Shown: one piece after another, positions 1 through 7,117 of the stretch | Numbering within the stretch: position 1 is the stretch's first letter | Layout: every line of letters begins with the position of its first letter | NCBI GenBank assembly: GCA_934371505.1 | Contig: CAKRNW010000001.1 | Span: forward strand, 1-54,392 | Direction: 5' to 3' | DNA length: 54,392 bases | Source of the DNA: an uncultured Lachnospiraceae bacterium | GTDB taxonomy: Bacteria; Bacillota; Clostridia; Lachnospirales; Lachnospiraceae | Notes under the pieces: generated by a model | Told to the model about the DNA's origin: nothing | Database searches by the model: none | The model's input: the letters and a program-made list of their open reading frames with translations, nothing else | Made by a program: the position numbers and the translations under genes

Positions 1-41
1 GTACCGATTTTTCTTTCTCATAGAATCTCCTTTCTGAACGT

Positions 42-75
42 AAAAGAGCCCTAGGCTATCGCTAGCTTAGGGCTC
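42..75 (-). terminator. Rho-independent terminator after the 100..981 gene
   Basis: Inverted repeat 46..75 (gagccctaggcta tcgc tagcttagggctc: 8 bp + 1 mismatch + 4 bp, 4-nt loop). It is followed on the minus-strand RNA by UUUU (42..45) and lies 25 nt past the stop codon. Confidence 0.65.
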
Positions 76-99
76 AATAGTTAACATTTATTAAGTTCT

Positions 100-981
100 T
101 TAGAACATCCAGTTGTCGGGCTCCTCAGTAACATCGAACTGAGTTACAGGAACAAGGTCTGCAGGAAGTGCAGGAAGTACTGTGCAGTTAACATTGCTAT
201 TACCATATGTTAAAGTGTAGAGATACTTACCATTGGCACAGATTGAATCTTTAGGACCAGCTTTGGTCATCAGTTTCATATCTACAGTAAAAGCACCGTA
301 ATTATTCAGAGGAAAACTGATTGTTACAGTAGATTCATTTTGGATATGAGATTCACCAGCATCAAGTTCGCATCCATTCATAAGGCTGAGCATCTGAAGG
401 GTAGGCTGGCAGGTGAATACCAGGTAAGGAATACCGTTGATTTCCTGGTAAGTGCTGTTCTGGGCAAGGTACTCGATGGTGAATGCGCCGCGGTCGATTG
501 CTTTGTCGATGCTCCACCAGTTGTTGCGCTGTGCCAGATTGTCATTAAGCCAGTACTCTTTAGAGTCAGGGCTAGTAGCGGAATAATCATAACATACGCC
601 GTTAATATATGCCGTAGACCAAGTAGAACCAGTGGTAGTTCTACACATAGTTTTAACAGAATCATTTCCTACTGCATAAAGGTACTGACTGTAATCATCA
701 CCCATGATGGTCTCAACCTTCTTACCGTTCTTATCCCAGTTGTCTAATCTGTGCTCGGTACCGAAGTGAATGGTGTAGCTGGTAGCTGTCTTGGATGCTG
801 CGTAAGTTGCCGTGAGAACTTTCACTTTGTCAGCCTGAGTCATGTCGTAACCGACGTAGTTGCCGGTTGCGGCGTTGAGCTGCTGAACGATGGGGTTAAC
901 TTCAGCTGCTTTCGAGGAAGTTCCGAAGCTTAATGATGCGAATACTACTGCTAATGCGAATGCAAATACTCTCTTTTTCAT
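100..981 (-). CDS. Secreted protein of unknown function with a signal peptide
   Basis: ATG at 981 is preceded by AAGGAGA. The N-terminus MKKRVFAFALAVVFASLSFGTSSKAAE is a classic Sec signal. The mature part is Thr/Asn/Tyr-rich and I recognise no family. The ORF-track start at 1020 has no RBS. Confidence 0.6.
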   Translation of the reverse strand: MKKRVFAFALAVVFASLSFGTSSKAAEVNPIVQQLNAATGNYVGYDMTQADKVKVLTATYAASKTATSYTIHFGTEHRLDNWDKNGKKVETIMGDDYSQYLYAVGNDSVKTMCRTTTGSTWSTAYINGVCYDYSATSPDSKEYWLNDNLAQRNNWWSIDKAIDRGAFTIEYLAQNSTYQEINGIPYLVFTCQPTLQMLSLMNGCELDAGESHIQNESTVTISFPLNNYGAFTVDMKLMTKAGPKDSICANGKYLYTLTYGNSNVNCTVLPALPADLVPVTQFDVTEEPDNWMF

Positions 982-1026
982 AATCTTATATCTCCTTTTC
1001 AATTTGTGAATAGTTGTCAATTTGGT

Positions 1027-1074
1027 TTCATTTATATATGGTTAGGACAAGTGAAAATGGCGGAATTTCCCTAA
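1027..1074. repeat. Direct repeat copy A (about 48 bp)
   Basis: ttcatttatatatg-gttaggacaa-gtgaaaatggcggaatttcc-ctaa matches 1614..1660, with 14 + 20 identical flanking nt and 4 mismatches in the central 10 nt. Confidence 0.85.
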
Positions 1075-1322
1075 CTCACCTTATGACCGTTCTCCCAAAT
1101 TTCATCTGATGATAAATCGATGGAATCATTCCAAACAATCCCATAACCACCTACATCTACTTGTACCTGCTCATATAACCCTGATATTGTGTTCAAATCA
1201 TTGAAAACAGGTATCTCAACGAACAATGGCTTCAAGTCGTAATCTTTTACTGTTCCATCAAGAAAAGTAGCTGTTAAGATGTAAGAATCTTTCGGAGTAA
1301 TTGACTGTATTCTGTGAAACAT
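1071..1322 (-). CDS. DUF2442 family protein
   Basis: 83 aa. The pattern SITPKDSYILTATFLDGTVKDYDLKPL...GYGIVWNDSIDLSSDEIW matches the DUF2442 signature as I remember it. It sits 15 nt downstream of its usual DUF4160 partner. Confidence 0.7.
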   Translation of the reverse strand: MFHRIQSITPKDSYILTATFLDGTVKDYDLKPLFVEIPVFNDLNTISGLYEQVQVDVGGYGIVWNDSIDLSSDEIWENGHKVS

Positions 1323-1336
1323 ATTGTACTCTCCTT

Positions 1337-1591
1337 TTACTCTAAAGGCGGCAGTTCAACAAATTTCTGGGTATTCCAAATTTCTAATAAATCCTGTTCA
1401 TGAGTACGAGTCCACTCTTGCACCATCTTCAATGCTCTTTTAGGTAAATCTCCCTCAAGCATTTCGCCAGTTTTTATATCTACTGCCCCGATGTAATCGC
1501 CATATATAGCGTGAATATGTGGTGGATTATGTTCAGACTGCTTAAAATACATTTTAATTACAACACCATAAAATCTAGATATAACAGGCAT
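1337..1591 (-). CDS. DUF4160 family protein
   Basis: 84 aa. MPVISRFYGVVIKMYFKQSEHNPPHIHAIYGDY...LPKRALKMVQEW is the canonical DUF4160 N-terminal motif. Confidence 0.75.
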   Translation of the reverse strand: MPVISRFYGVVIKMYFKQSEHNPPHIHAIYGDYIGAVDIKTGEMLEGDLPKRALKMVQEWTRTHEQDLLEIWNTQKFVELPPLE

Positions 1592-1613
1592 TATATACCC
1601 CCTCTATTATGTC

Positions 1614-1660
1614 TTCATTTATATATGATTTACACAAGTGAAAATGGCGGAATTTCCTAA
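1614..1660. repeat. Direct repeat copy B
   Basis: See copy A. This copy lies 23 nt upstream (minus sense) of the DUF4160 start. Confidence 0.85.
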
Positions 1661-1728
1661 TCCGTTAATAAATTCAGTGTATCATAGTTACATGAAAATG
1701 TCCAGAAATACGAGAGTTTCACCGAGTC

Positions 1729-1765
1729 AAGAAACCTCACGCGAACTTAATCGAGTGAGGTTCTT
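1729..1765 (-). terminator. Hairpin downstream of the HTH gene (weak terminator candidate)
   Basis: aagaaacctcac / gtgaggttctt gives an 11-bp stem with one bulge and a 14-nt loop, just past the stop at 1772. There is no clean U-tract. Confidence 0.3.
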
Positions 1766-1771
1766 AACGGA

Positions 1772-2059
1772 CTAAATATTTTGTTTTGGCACAAATTCAA
1801 TTTTTAAAGCCATTCCCATCCCATCCGCTAATCTTTTAAGCAAATTGACGGAAGGATTCCTTGTTCCATTCTCAAGCTTACTAATATCTGCCTGGTTAAT
1901 ACCAGTACGTTCTGCAAGTTCCTTCTGTGTTATATTCTGAGAAGTGCGAGCATCTACGATAGCTCTTATAACATCCATCTCCGGCTGAATAGCCTCATAT
2001 TCTTTTCTGAACTCATCATCCTGTAACTGCTTAGAAAGCATATCATCAAATGTTCTCAT
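1772..2059 (-). CDS. XRE-family helix-turn-helix regulator (HigA/antitoxin-like)
   Basis: QNITQKELAERTGINQADISKLENGTRNPSVNLLKRLADGMG is a textbook HTH_XRE. The likely start is the internal Met (MRTFDDML) at 2059. The open frame continues to 2227 and there encodes a degenerate ImmA-like motif (see findings). Confidence 0.7.
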   Translation of the reverse strand: MRTFDDMLSKQLQDDEFRKEYEAIQPEMDVIRAIVDARTSQNITQKELAERTGINQADISKLENGTRNPSVNLLKRLADGMGMALKIEFVPKQNI

Positions 2060-2247
2060 TCTCAATACCGTCCTGAATATTATTCTAACACACAACTCAA
2101 TCAGATCACTTTCATCTTTACTGCAATGTAAACAACAGTATCCCAGTTCGCGGGCTATTGTAAACTCTTTATTCTGCAGTGAATCGGACTTCTTATAAAA
2201 GATTGCTAAGTTGTGATCATCTGACACAGTTGCTCCTAAAACAGAAC

Positions 2248-3015
2248 CTATCCCATTGCATCATAATCATCAACCCCCTTATCTATCAGTCCTTTTAGCG
2301 AAGCCGGTGCATAAAGCTTCCACCTTTTATGAAATATATTATCCTGCGACTCCTTCATCAGGTAACGCTTTGCGTCAGAGGAACCATTCTCGCACGCCTC
2401 AAAAAAATTGGCTGAGAAATGGAATTCTTCCTGCATTTCTTCAAAAAGGTATCCGCATTTCTGATACAGAAAACCATTGTTGTTTCTTGCCAGACATTCC
2501 AGCACTTTCTGCTCATTCAATCCCGGCACAAGCATCATGCAGCGTATCACTTCCTCAAGACCTGCTATCTTTTCAAAATCACGGATACTGTCTACAACAG
2601 TCTGTTCCACGGATGTCACCCGTATATTTCTCATCTGTACTACTTCCATATCAGGCTTACGCTCTACGCGGCGATACATCACTCCGTCATACTCAAAATC
2701 GTAAAACCGTTTGCCCGTTGCAACATAGCACTCATAAAACACCTGACTTCCATAACCAAATACTTCAAATGCACTGTGATGGGTGATACAAGCATCCGGG
2801 AACAGATTGGAACCTATCTGATAACGAGATAACACAGGCTGTTTCGTTTCCATACTGATTACCACATAAAAATCTCTTTTTACCTTTTCTATCAGCCCTT
2901 TTTTCTGATATTCATAGATTACCTGATTCGCTGCGGTTGCCGTTCCAACAAGCTCTGTCAGCTGCTCTCTTGAAAAGCACCCCTTTGCAAGCAATTTTTC
3001 ATAATACTTCATCAC
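2248..3015 (-). CDS. AbiEi-family (type IV TA antitoxin-like) domain protein
   Basis: The N-terminal winged-helix-like segment CFSREQLTELVG...KKGLIEKVKRDFYVV, followed by ITHHSAFEVFGY, matches the AbiEi_4 pattern. No AbiEii nucleotidyltransferase lies adjacent. Confidence 0.55.
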   Translation of the reverse strand: MMKYYEKLLAKGCFSREQLTELVGTATAANQVIYEYQKKGLIEKVKRDFYVVISMETKQPVLSRYQIGSNLFPDACITHHSAFEVFGYGSQVFYECYVATGKRFYDFEYDGVMYRRVERKPDMEVVQMRNIRVTSVEQTVVDSIRDFEKIAGLEEVIRCMMLVPGLNEQKVLECLARNNNGFLYQKCGYLFEEMQEEFHFSANFFEACENGSSDAKRYLMKESQDNIFHKRWKLYAPASLKGLIDKGVDDYDAMG

Positions 3016-3437
3016 GCATCATCTCCTACTGTTTTAAAATTAGCACAATATATTATTTATTCTTAATATTTTATGCATTTTTCAAAATTATTTGTTTTTA
3101 CTTTACCACATAATACTAGAAATATCAAATACTTTGTGCGTTTTTTAAAATTCACTCTTCTTCATCATCTCCAAACATGGCAGACAGTGAAGCCAATGCC
3201 CCATCATCCAGCGGCTTATCAGAAAGCTCCAAATTATTATCCTGTAATTCTTCCACCATTTCCTTCATCGGTTCTGTTGGCTCTGGGTGTGTCTCAGGCT
3301 GAATTGATGCAACTTTGCTCCATAAAGAACTGCCTTTAATACAAAAGCACACTCTTCAAAAGAAACTTCACTACTGCAATCAAAATGCTTCCTAATCCAA
3401 AAGATATAGTTGAACTAACCTCTACTGTCATATCCAT

Positions 3438-3483
3438 ATAAAAAGAAACGGCATCCTCAATCCCCTTTGAGTCTGCCGTTTCT
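3438..3483 (-). terminator. Rho-independent terminator ending the long minus-strand gene block
   Basis: 10-bp stem agaaacggca / tgccgtttct (3444..3453 / 3474..3483) with inner ctcaa/ttgag pairing. On the minus RNA it is followed by UUUUUAUAU. Confidence 0.7.
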
Positions 3484-3525
3484 CTTTTCGTAATCTCTTA
3501 TATGACCTTATTCCCGAATCATGTA

Positions 3526-3666
3526 CTATTCTATCGAGTGTTTCTCGTCTGTTTCCCCTTGAGTATCTTCCTTCTTTGCTGCCGAACTGTTTTCATACCA
3601 CCAGACCAGTCCGGACACGATGATAACAGCCGCAAACATTACTCCAACAAAAATATTCTGTGTCAT
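3526..3666 (-). CDS. Small (46 aa) single-pass membrane protein, absent from the ORF track
   Basis: GGAGATAAGGAT precedes the ATG at 3666. Translation is MTQNIFVGVMFAAVIIVSGLVWWYENSSAAKKEDTQGETDEKHSIE: one TM helix plus a charged tail. The terminator follows directly. Confidence 0.45.
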   Translation of the reverse strand: MTQNIFVGVMFAAVIIVSGLVWWYENSSAAKKEDTQGETDEKHSIE

Positions 3667-3752
3667 ATCCTTATCTCCTTTTTGGCGTGCAGAAGTAGAA
3701 CCTCAGACCATTTCTGGTTCCAGGCTTTCTTTCTCCATGAATTCTATGTATT

Positions 3753-4187
3753 TTAAACAGGAAAATAAGGTGAATCGGGGTGTTTCTCTCCGTTCTGATG
3801 ATAAATATAAGAAATGATAAAGCGATGGGTATCCAGATGCCGGGACATTCTGGAACGGATCAGAAAATTCTGGACAGTATACACCTGATCCATGCACAAA
3901 GCCGGGGTAACACCGACGAACATACCACGCTGTACCCCAGGTCTTTTACTGTTTGAGGATGGTCTTTCCAGATTTCCACGAACCGCGTCAAAAGCAGTCT
4001 CTCCCAGCAGCTCATTATCCAGATTAAAAACACGGCGGTCTACCTGGTTTTCTACAGGAATTTCCCCTTCCTCATCCCACGAAAAAAAGGCACACTGCTG
4101 ATGCTGTTCAAGCTGTATGCTAAAGACACAGATGCCAAGCACCAACAGGATGCTGACAAGTTTTCCAAGTCTTTTCGGTAAATCCAT
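3753..4187 (-). CDS. Hypothetical membrane-anchored protein
   Basis: An N-terminal TM (LGKLVSILLVLGICVFSI) is followed by a soluble domain with no motif I recognise. The start is taken as ATG 4187 (MDLPKR); the GTG at 4205 lacks an RBS. Confidence 0.4.
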   Translation of the reverse strand: MDLPKRLGKLVSILLVLGICVFSIQLEQHQQCAFFSWDEEGEIPVENQVDRRVFNLDNELLGETAFDAVRGNLERPSSNSKRPGVQRGMFVGVTPALCMDQVYTVQNFLIRSRMSRHLDTHRFIISYIYHQNGEKHPDSPYFPV

Positions 4188-4253
4188 GTTTTCTCTCGCT
4201 TTCACGGGTTATTTTAACATATTTTTACACTGGAAACAATATAACGCGATGAA

Positions 4254-5846
4254 TTATTCAGAATCCGAACTTCCATAATAAGTAAAGCACAACATGGTAA
4301 TATCGTCAAATTGGGGTGCATCTTTTACAAATCCCTGGATGCCATCCCAAACATTATGAAGGGTCTGCTCACACCCGGAGCCTTGCTGGGAATTTAGCGC
4401 CTCCAGCATCCGCACATCTCCATACAGCTCCTCTTTGGCATTGGTTGCCTCCACCACGCCGTCAGTGTAAAGATACAGGGAATCTCCCGGTGCAAAGGTG
4501 ATTTCATAGTTCTGGTAGGGCATATCTTCCATGCCTGCCAGCACAAAACCATGGTCATCGTGAATCAGTTCAAACTGTCCCCCAGCCTTTCGGAAAGCAG
4601 GGTATTCGTGTCCCGCATTGGATGCCGTCATCACACCGGTGGACAAATCCAGGATGCCCAGCCATACGGTAACAAACATCTCTGACTCATTATTTTCACA
4701 GAGCTGGTTGTTGACAAATTCCAGAATCTCCGCCGGGTTTCCTCCCATCAGTGCCCGGTTCTTGATAAGCGTCTTGGCAATGACCATAAACAGGGCTGCG
4801 GGTACTCCCTTGCCGGACACATCCGCCATGACAATGCCCAGATACTGTTGGTCAATGAGGAAGAAATCGTAGAAGTCGCCTCCCACCTCTTTTGCCGGAT
4901 TCATGGTGGCATAAATATCCATATCTTTCCGTCCGGGGAAGGGCGGGAAAATGCTGGGCAGCATATCTGCCTGGATTTTGGTGGCAACATTCAATTCCGC
5001 ACCGATTCGCTCCTTTTCCGCTGTCACCTGGGAAAGCTGATGGATATACTCCACCAGTTCCCGGTTCATCTGTTCAAAGGAACGTGCCAGTTCCTCGATT
5101 TCATCCCCGGTGTGGACATCCACGGAGAATTCTTCTCCCTTCTCCAGATTTCCCACCATCTCCTGGGATGCCTGGTTCAGGGTGTCGATGGGACGCACCA
5201 GCTTCTGTCGGATGACCACAATCAGTCCGATGGAGAATAAAACAATCACCACAATGATATGGATGCAGGTATTTAACACAAACTGTAAGATATCCTGCTT
5301 GACTCCCGGCATAGAAATATCCACGCCCACTAACGCCACAGGCTCTCCTGTGCTGTCAAACACCGGATAGACCACGGATGCGATATAGCCATAAGTGTCA
5401 TCCTCGTTAATCAGCACACCGGTCTTTGGCTCCCGCTGAAAGGCGTCAAAGGATACCTGTTTTCCGCCTTCCATGTAGGATTCATAATCGCCCAGGGCAC
5501 AGGCACCTTCCCTGCCGCTGGCATCCCACACATAAACCAGATTATCCTCACAGGGCACATAGACATAGTAATATTCCAGTTCCGAATTGTTCTGGCTGGC
5601 ATTGAGCCATCGCTCCACCTCATCGTAGTAGGCATCCGTCTCCCCAGTCTCAAGATACCCGGCGATTTTGTCCCCGTCTATGTACTCAGCAGCTATGCGG
5701 GCGTAGGCAAGTGCCTGCTCGCTGTAATGGTTCATCATATCCTTTTTATAGCGGTTGTTAATGGAGATACAGGTTGCCAGAATAATCAGCAGGGAAAAGA
5801 CCACCACCACCCAGACAACCCGTGTACTCAGTTTATGCTTTTTCAA
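4254..5846 (-). CDS. Membrane sensor PP2C/SpoIIE-family Ser phosphatase (RsbU-like), copy 2
   Basis: TM, extracellular domain, TM and HAMP (RPIDTLNQASQEMV...ELARSFEQMNREL), then PP2C motifs GGDFYDF, MADVSGKGVPAALFM and YTDGVVEA. A TTG start at 5846 follows AGAGGGAGA. The ORF-track start at 5906 would overlap the upstream gene by 74 nt. Confidence 0.8.
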   Translation of the reverse strand: MKKHKLSTRVVWVVVVFSLLIILATCISINNRYKKDMMNHYSEQALAYARIAAEYIDGDKIAGYLETGETDAYYDEVERWLNASQNNSELEYYYVYVPCEDNLVYVWDASGREGACALGDYESYMEGGKQVSFDAFQREPKTGVLINEDDTYGYIASVVYPVFDSTGEPVALVGVDISMPGVKQDILQFVLNTCIHIIVVIVLFSIGLIVVIRQKLVRPIDTLNQASQEMVGNLEKGEEFSVDVHTGDEIEELARSFEQMNRELVEYIHQLSQVTAEKERIGAELNVATKIQADMLPSIFPPFPGRKDMDIYATMNPAKEVGGDFYDFFLIDQQYLGIVMADVSGKGVPAALFMVIAKTLIKNRALMGGNPAEILEFVNNQLCENNESEMFVTVWLGILDLSTGVMTASNAGHEYPAFRKAGGQFELIHDDHGFVLAGMEDMPYQNYEITFAPGDSLYLYTDGVVEATNAKEELYGDVRMLEALNSQQGSGCEQTLHNVWDGIQGFVKDAPQFDDITMLCFTYYGSSDSE

Positions 5847-6963
5847 TTTTTCTCCCTCTTTTCCAAATCTTCCGGCTCCACAAATCAGCCAGTGCCAGGG
5901 ATACAAAAGTAATCACCAGGGCTAACCATAATACCCAGCCCTGGGAAAGCTCCTGGGTTCCCCGGATGATGTACAGTCCCAGATGGACACTTCCTGCCAC
6001 CAGAATCCAGTGGATGAAGTAAAAAGCTGTCATATCCTTGCCAATCTGTCCTACTACTCGGATGGCTTTTTCGGAAAGCCTGCTGCCTATCCAGTAGTAA
6101 ATCCCCAGCATCCCCAGCGCCGTTAAAATACAGACCAGCACATCGGGCGTGGTCACATGGTAATAGCAGTTTTCCCCGTCTCCAAACATGCCCAGCCTTC
6201 TGCTGATTCCCACTGCATAATAGGGAATGATAATCAGAAAGCATAGCGGGGAAATACAGCGGTAAAGTAACGCTTTGTCCTTGACCTTCCGCATTTTCTT
6301 GCCAAACACATAGCCGGAAACCGGCACGATAAGCCAGTTGAGGTATACGAAATAGGAAAGCACCTTTCCCTGGGCATCCTCTGTTCCCAGAAAATAACCC
6401 AGAAAAATATTGCCTGCCGGATTTCCCACATCCAATCCATTGCACAGCGTTCCAATCACGGAACAGCTAAAGGCGATAAGGAGCATCCCCCAGTCCGGCA
6501 GTTTCCACTTGATAAACAGTCCGATGGTAACCAATGCCATTCCTGCCAACTGAAAAATATCGTTATTGAGGGTCTGGTACACAATGGGTTCCATGTACCG
6601 CTCATAATCTCCGGTTATGAAAAATCCAATCAAATCGGGAATGGTATATCTGCACAGGTTCAGCAGAAAGCCCAGAAAAAACAGGAAAATTCCCCGTTTC
6701 ATCACATCCTGCCACTGGTGGTTCCTGCTGTACATAATGCAGACTCCCATGACAAACATCAGTCCCGGCGCAATCATGGGGCCTCCGATTACAGAGTCAA
6801 AGAGATAGGGAAATCCATGGGATAAGTCTCCCCCCGGTGTACATTCAATACTGCAATGCACCATCGCCACAAAAATCACAAACACCACCTTGGCGATGTC
6901 AAACTCCACCTGACGTCCTGTATTCACTTCTTCTGTTGCAAAAATTCTATCCCTTATGTTCAT
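5833..6963 (-). CDS. Acyltransferase-3/DUF1624-like polytopic membrane protein
   Basis: About 10 predicted TM helices. The N-terminal RQVEFDIAKVVFVIFVAMVH resembles the R-x-D...H motif of the acyltransferase_3 family. Confidence 0.5.
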   Translation of the reverse strand: MNIRDRIFATEEVNTGRQVEFDIAKVVFVIFVAMVHCSIECTPGGDLSHGFPYLFDSVIGGPMIAPGLMFVMGVCIMYSRNHQWQDVMKRGIFLFFLGFLLNLCRYTIPDLIGFFITGDYERYMEPIVYQTLNNDIFQLAGMALVTIGLFIKWKLPDWGMLLIAFSCSVIGTLCNGLDVGNPAGNIFLGYFLGTEDAQGKVLSYFVYLNWLIVPVSGYVFGKKMRKVKDKALLYRCISPLCFLIIIPYYAVGISRRLGMFGDGENCYYHVTTPDVLVCILTALGMLGIYYWIGSRLSEKAIRVVGQIGKDMTAFYFIHWILVAGSVHLGLYIIRGTQELSQGWVLWLALVITFVSLALADLWSRKIWKRGRKIEKA

Positions 6964-7001
6964 TGGTCATCTACCTGGTTTTGTTTTTTTTATAATTTTC
7001 C

Positions 7002-7115
7002 TCAAATCAACTCCTGCCGGATGCTGAGGCTCCGCTTTTTTTCTTCCCTGCGGATGGCATCGGAAAGCAATTCTTCATCCATTTCTTCGGCTTCCTTTGT
7101 AAAGCTTTCACCCAT
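7002..7115 (-). CDS. Possible 37-aa charged peptide directly after the giant gene
   Basis: ATG 7115 lies 2 nt past the TGA of the giant ORF, with GGAG 9 nt upstream. Translation is MGESFTKEAEEMDEELLSDAIRREEKKRSLSIRQELI. There is no further support. Confidence 0.2.
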   Translation of the reverse strand: MGESFTKEAEEMDEELLSDAIRREEKKRSLSIRQELI

Positions 7116-7117
7116 AA

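Noticed and set aside
1021-1070. Tried to read a SigA promoter inside the 48-bp direct repeat (TATATAAAT as -10)
   Set aside because: No acceptable -35 lies at 16-18 nt spacing on the minus strand, so a promoter role is not supported by sequence alone.
3152-3352. 66-aa ORF with an acidic C-terminus (…LSAMFGDDEEE) upstream of the AbiEi-like gene
   Set aside because: Neither the GTG at 3352 nor the internal ATG has a convincing RBS, and I recognise no family. It could be real, but I cannot support it.
3502-3756. 84-aa plus-strand ORF
   Set aside because: It is antisense to the RBS-supported 46-aa membrane ORF, has no RBS and would run against a minus-strand terminator.
5885-6445. 186-aa minus-strand ORF in an alternative frame of the acyltransferase gene (also 40014..40307, 23369..23849, 21271..21591, 46118..46570)
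   Set aside because: These are out-of-frame overlaps with better-supported genes, and their Arg/Gly/Pro-rich translations are typical of off-frame reading.
6990-7050. Possible terminator (ccgga...tccgc followed by a T-run) between the giant gene and the acyltransferase
   Set aside because: The stem is only ~4 bp, and the T-run is on the plus strand where nothing is transcribed. On the minus strand there is no U-tract.
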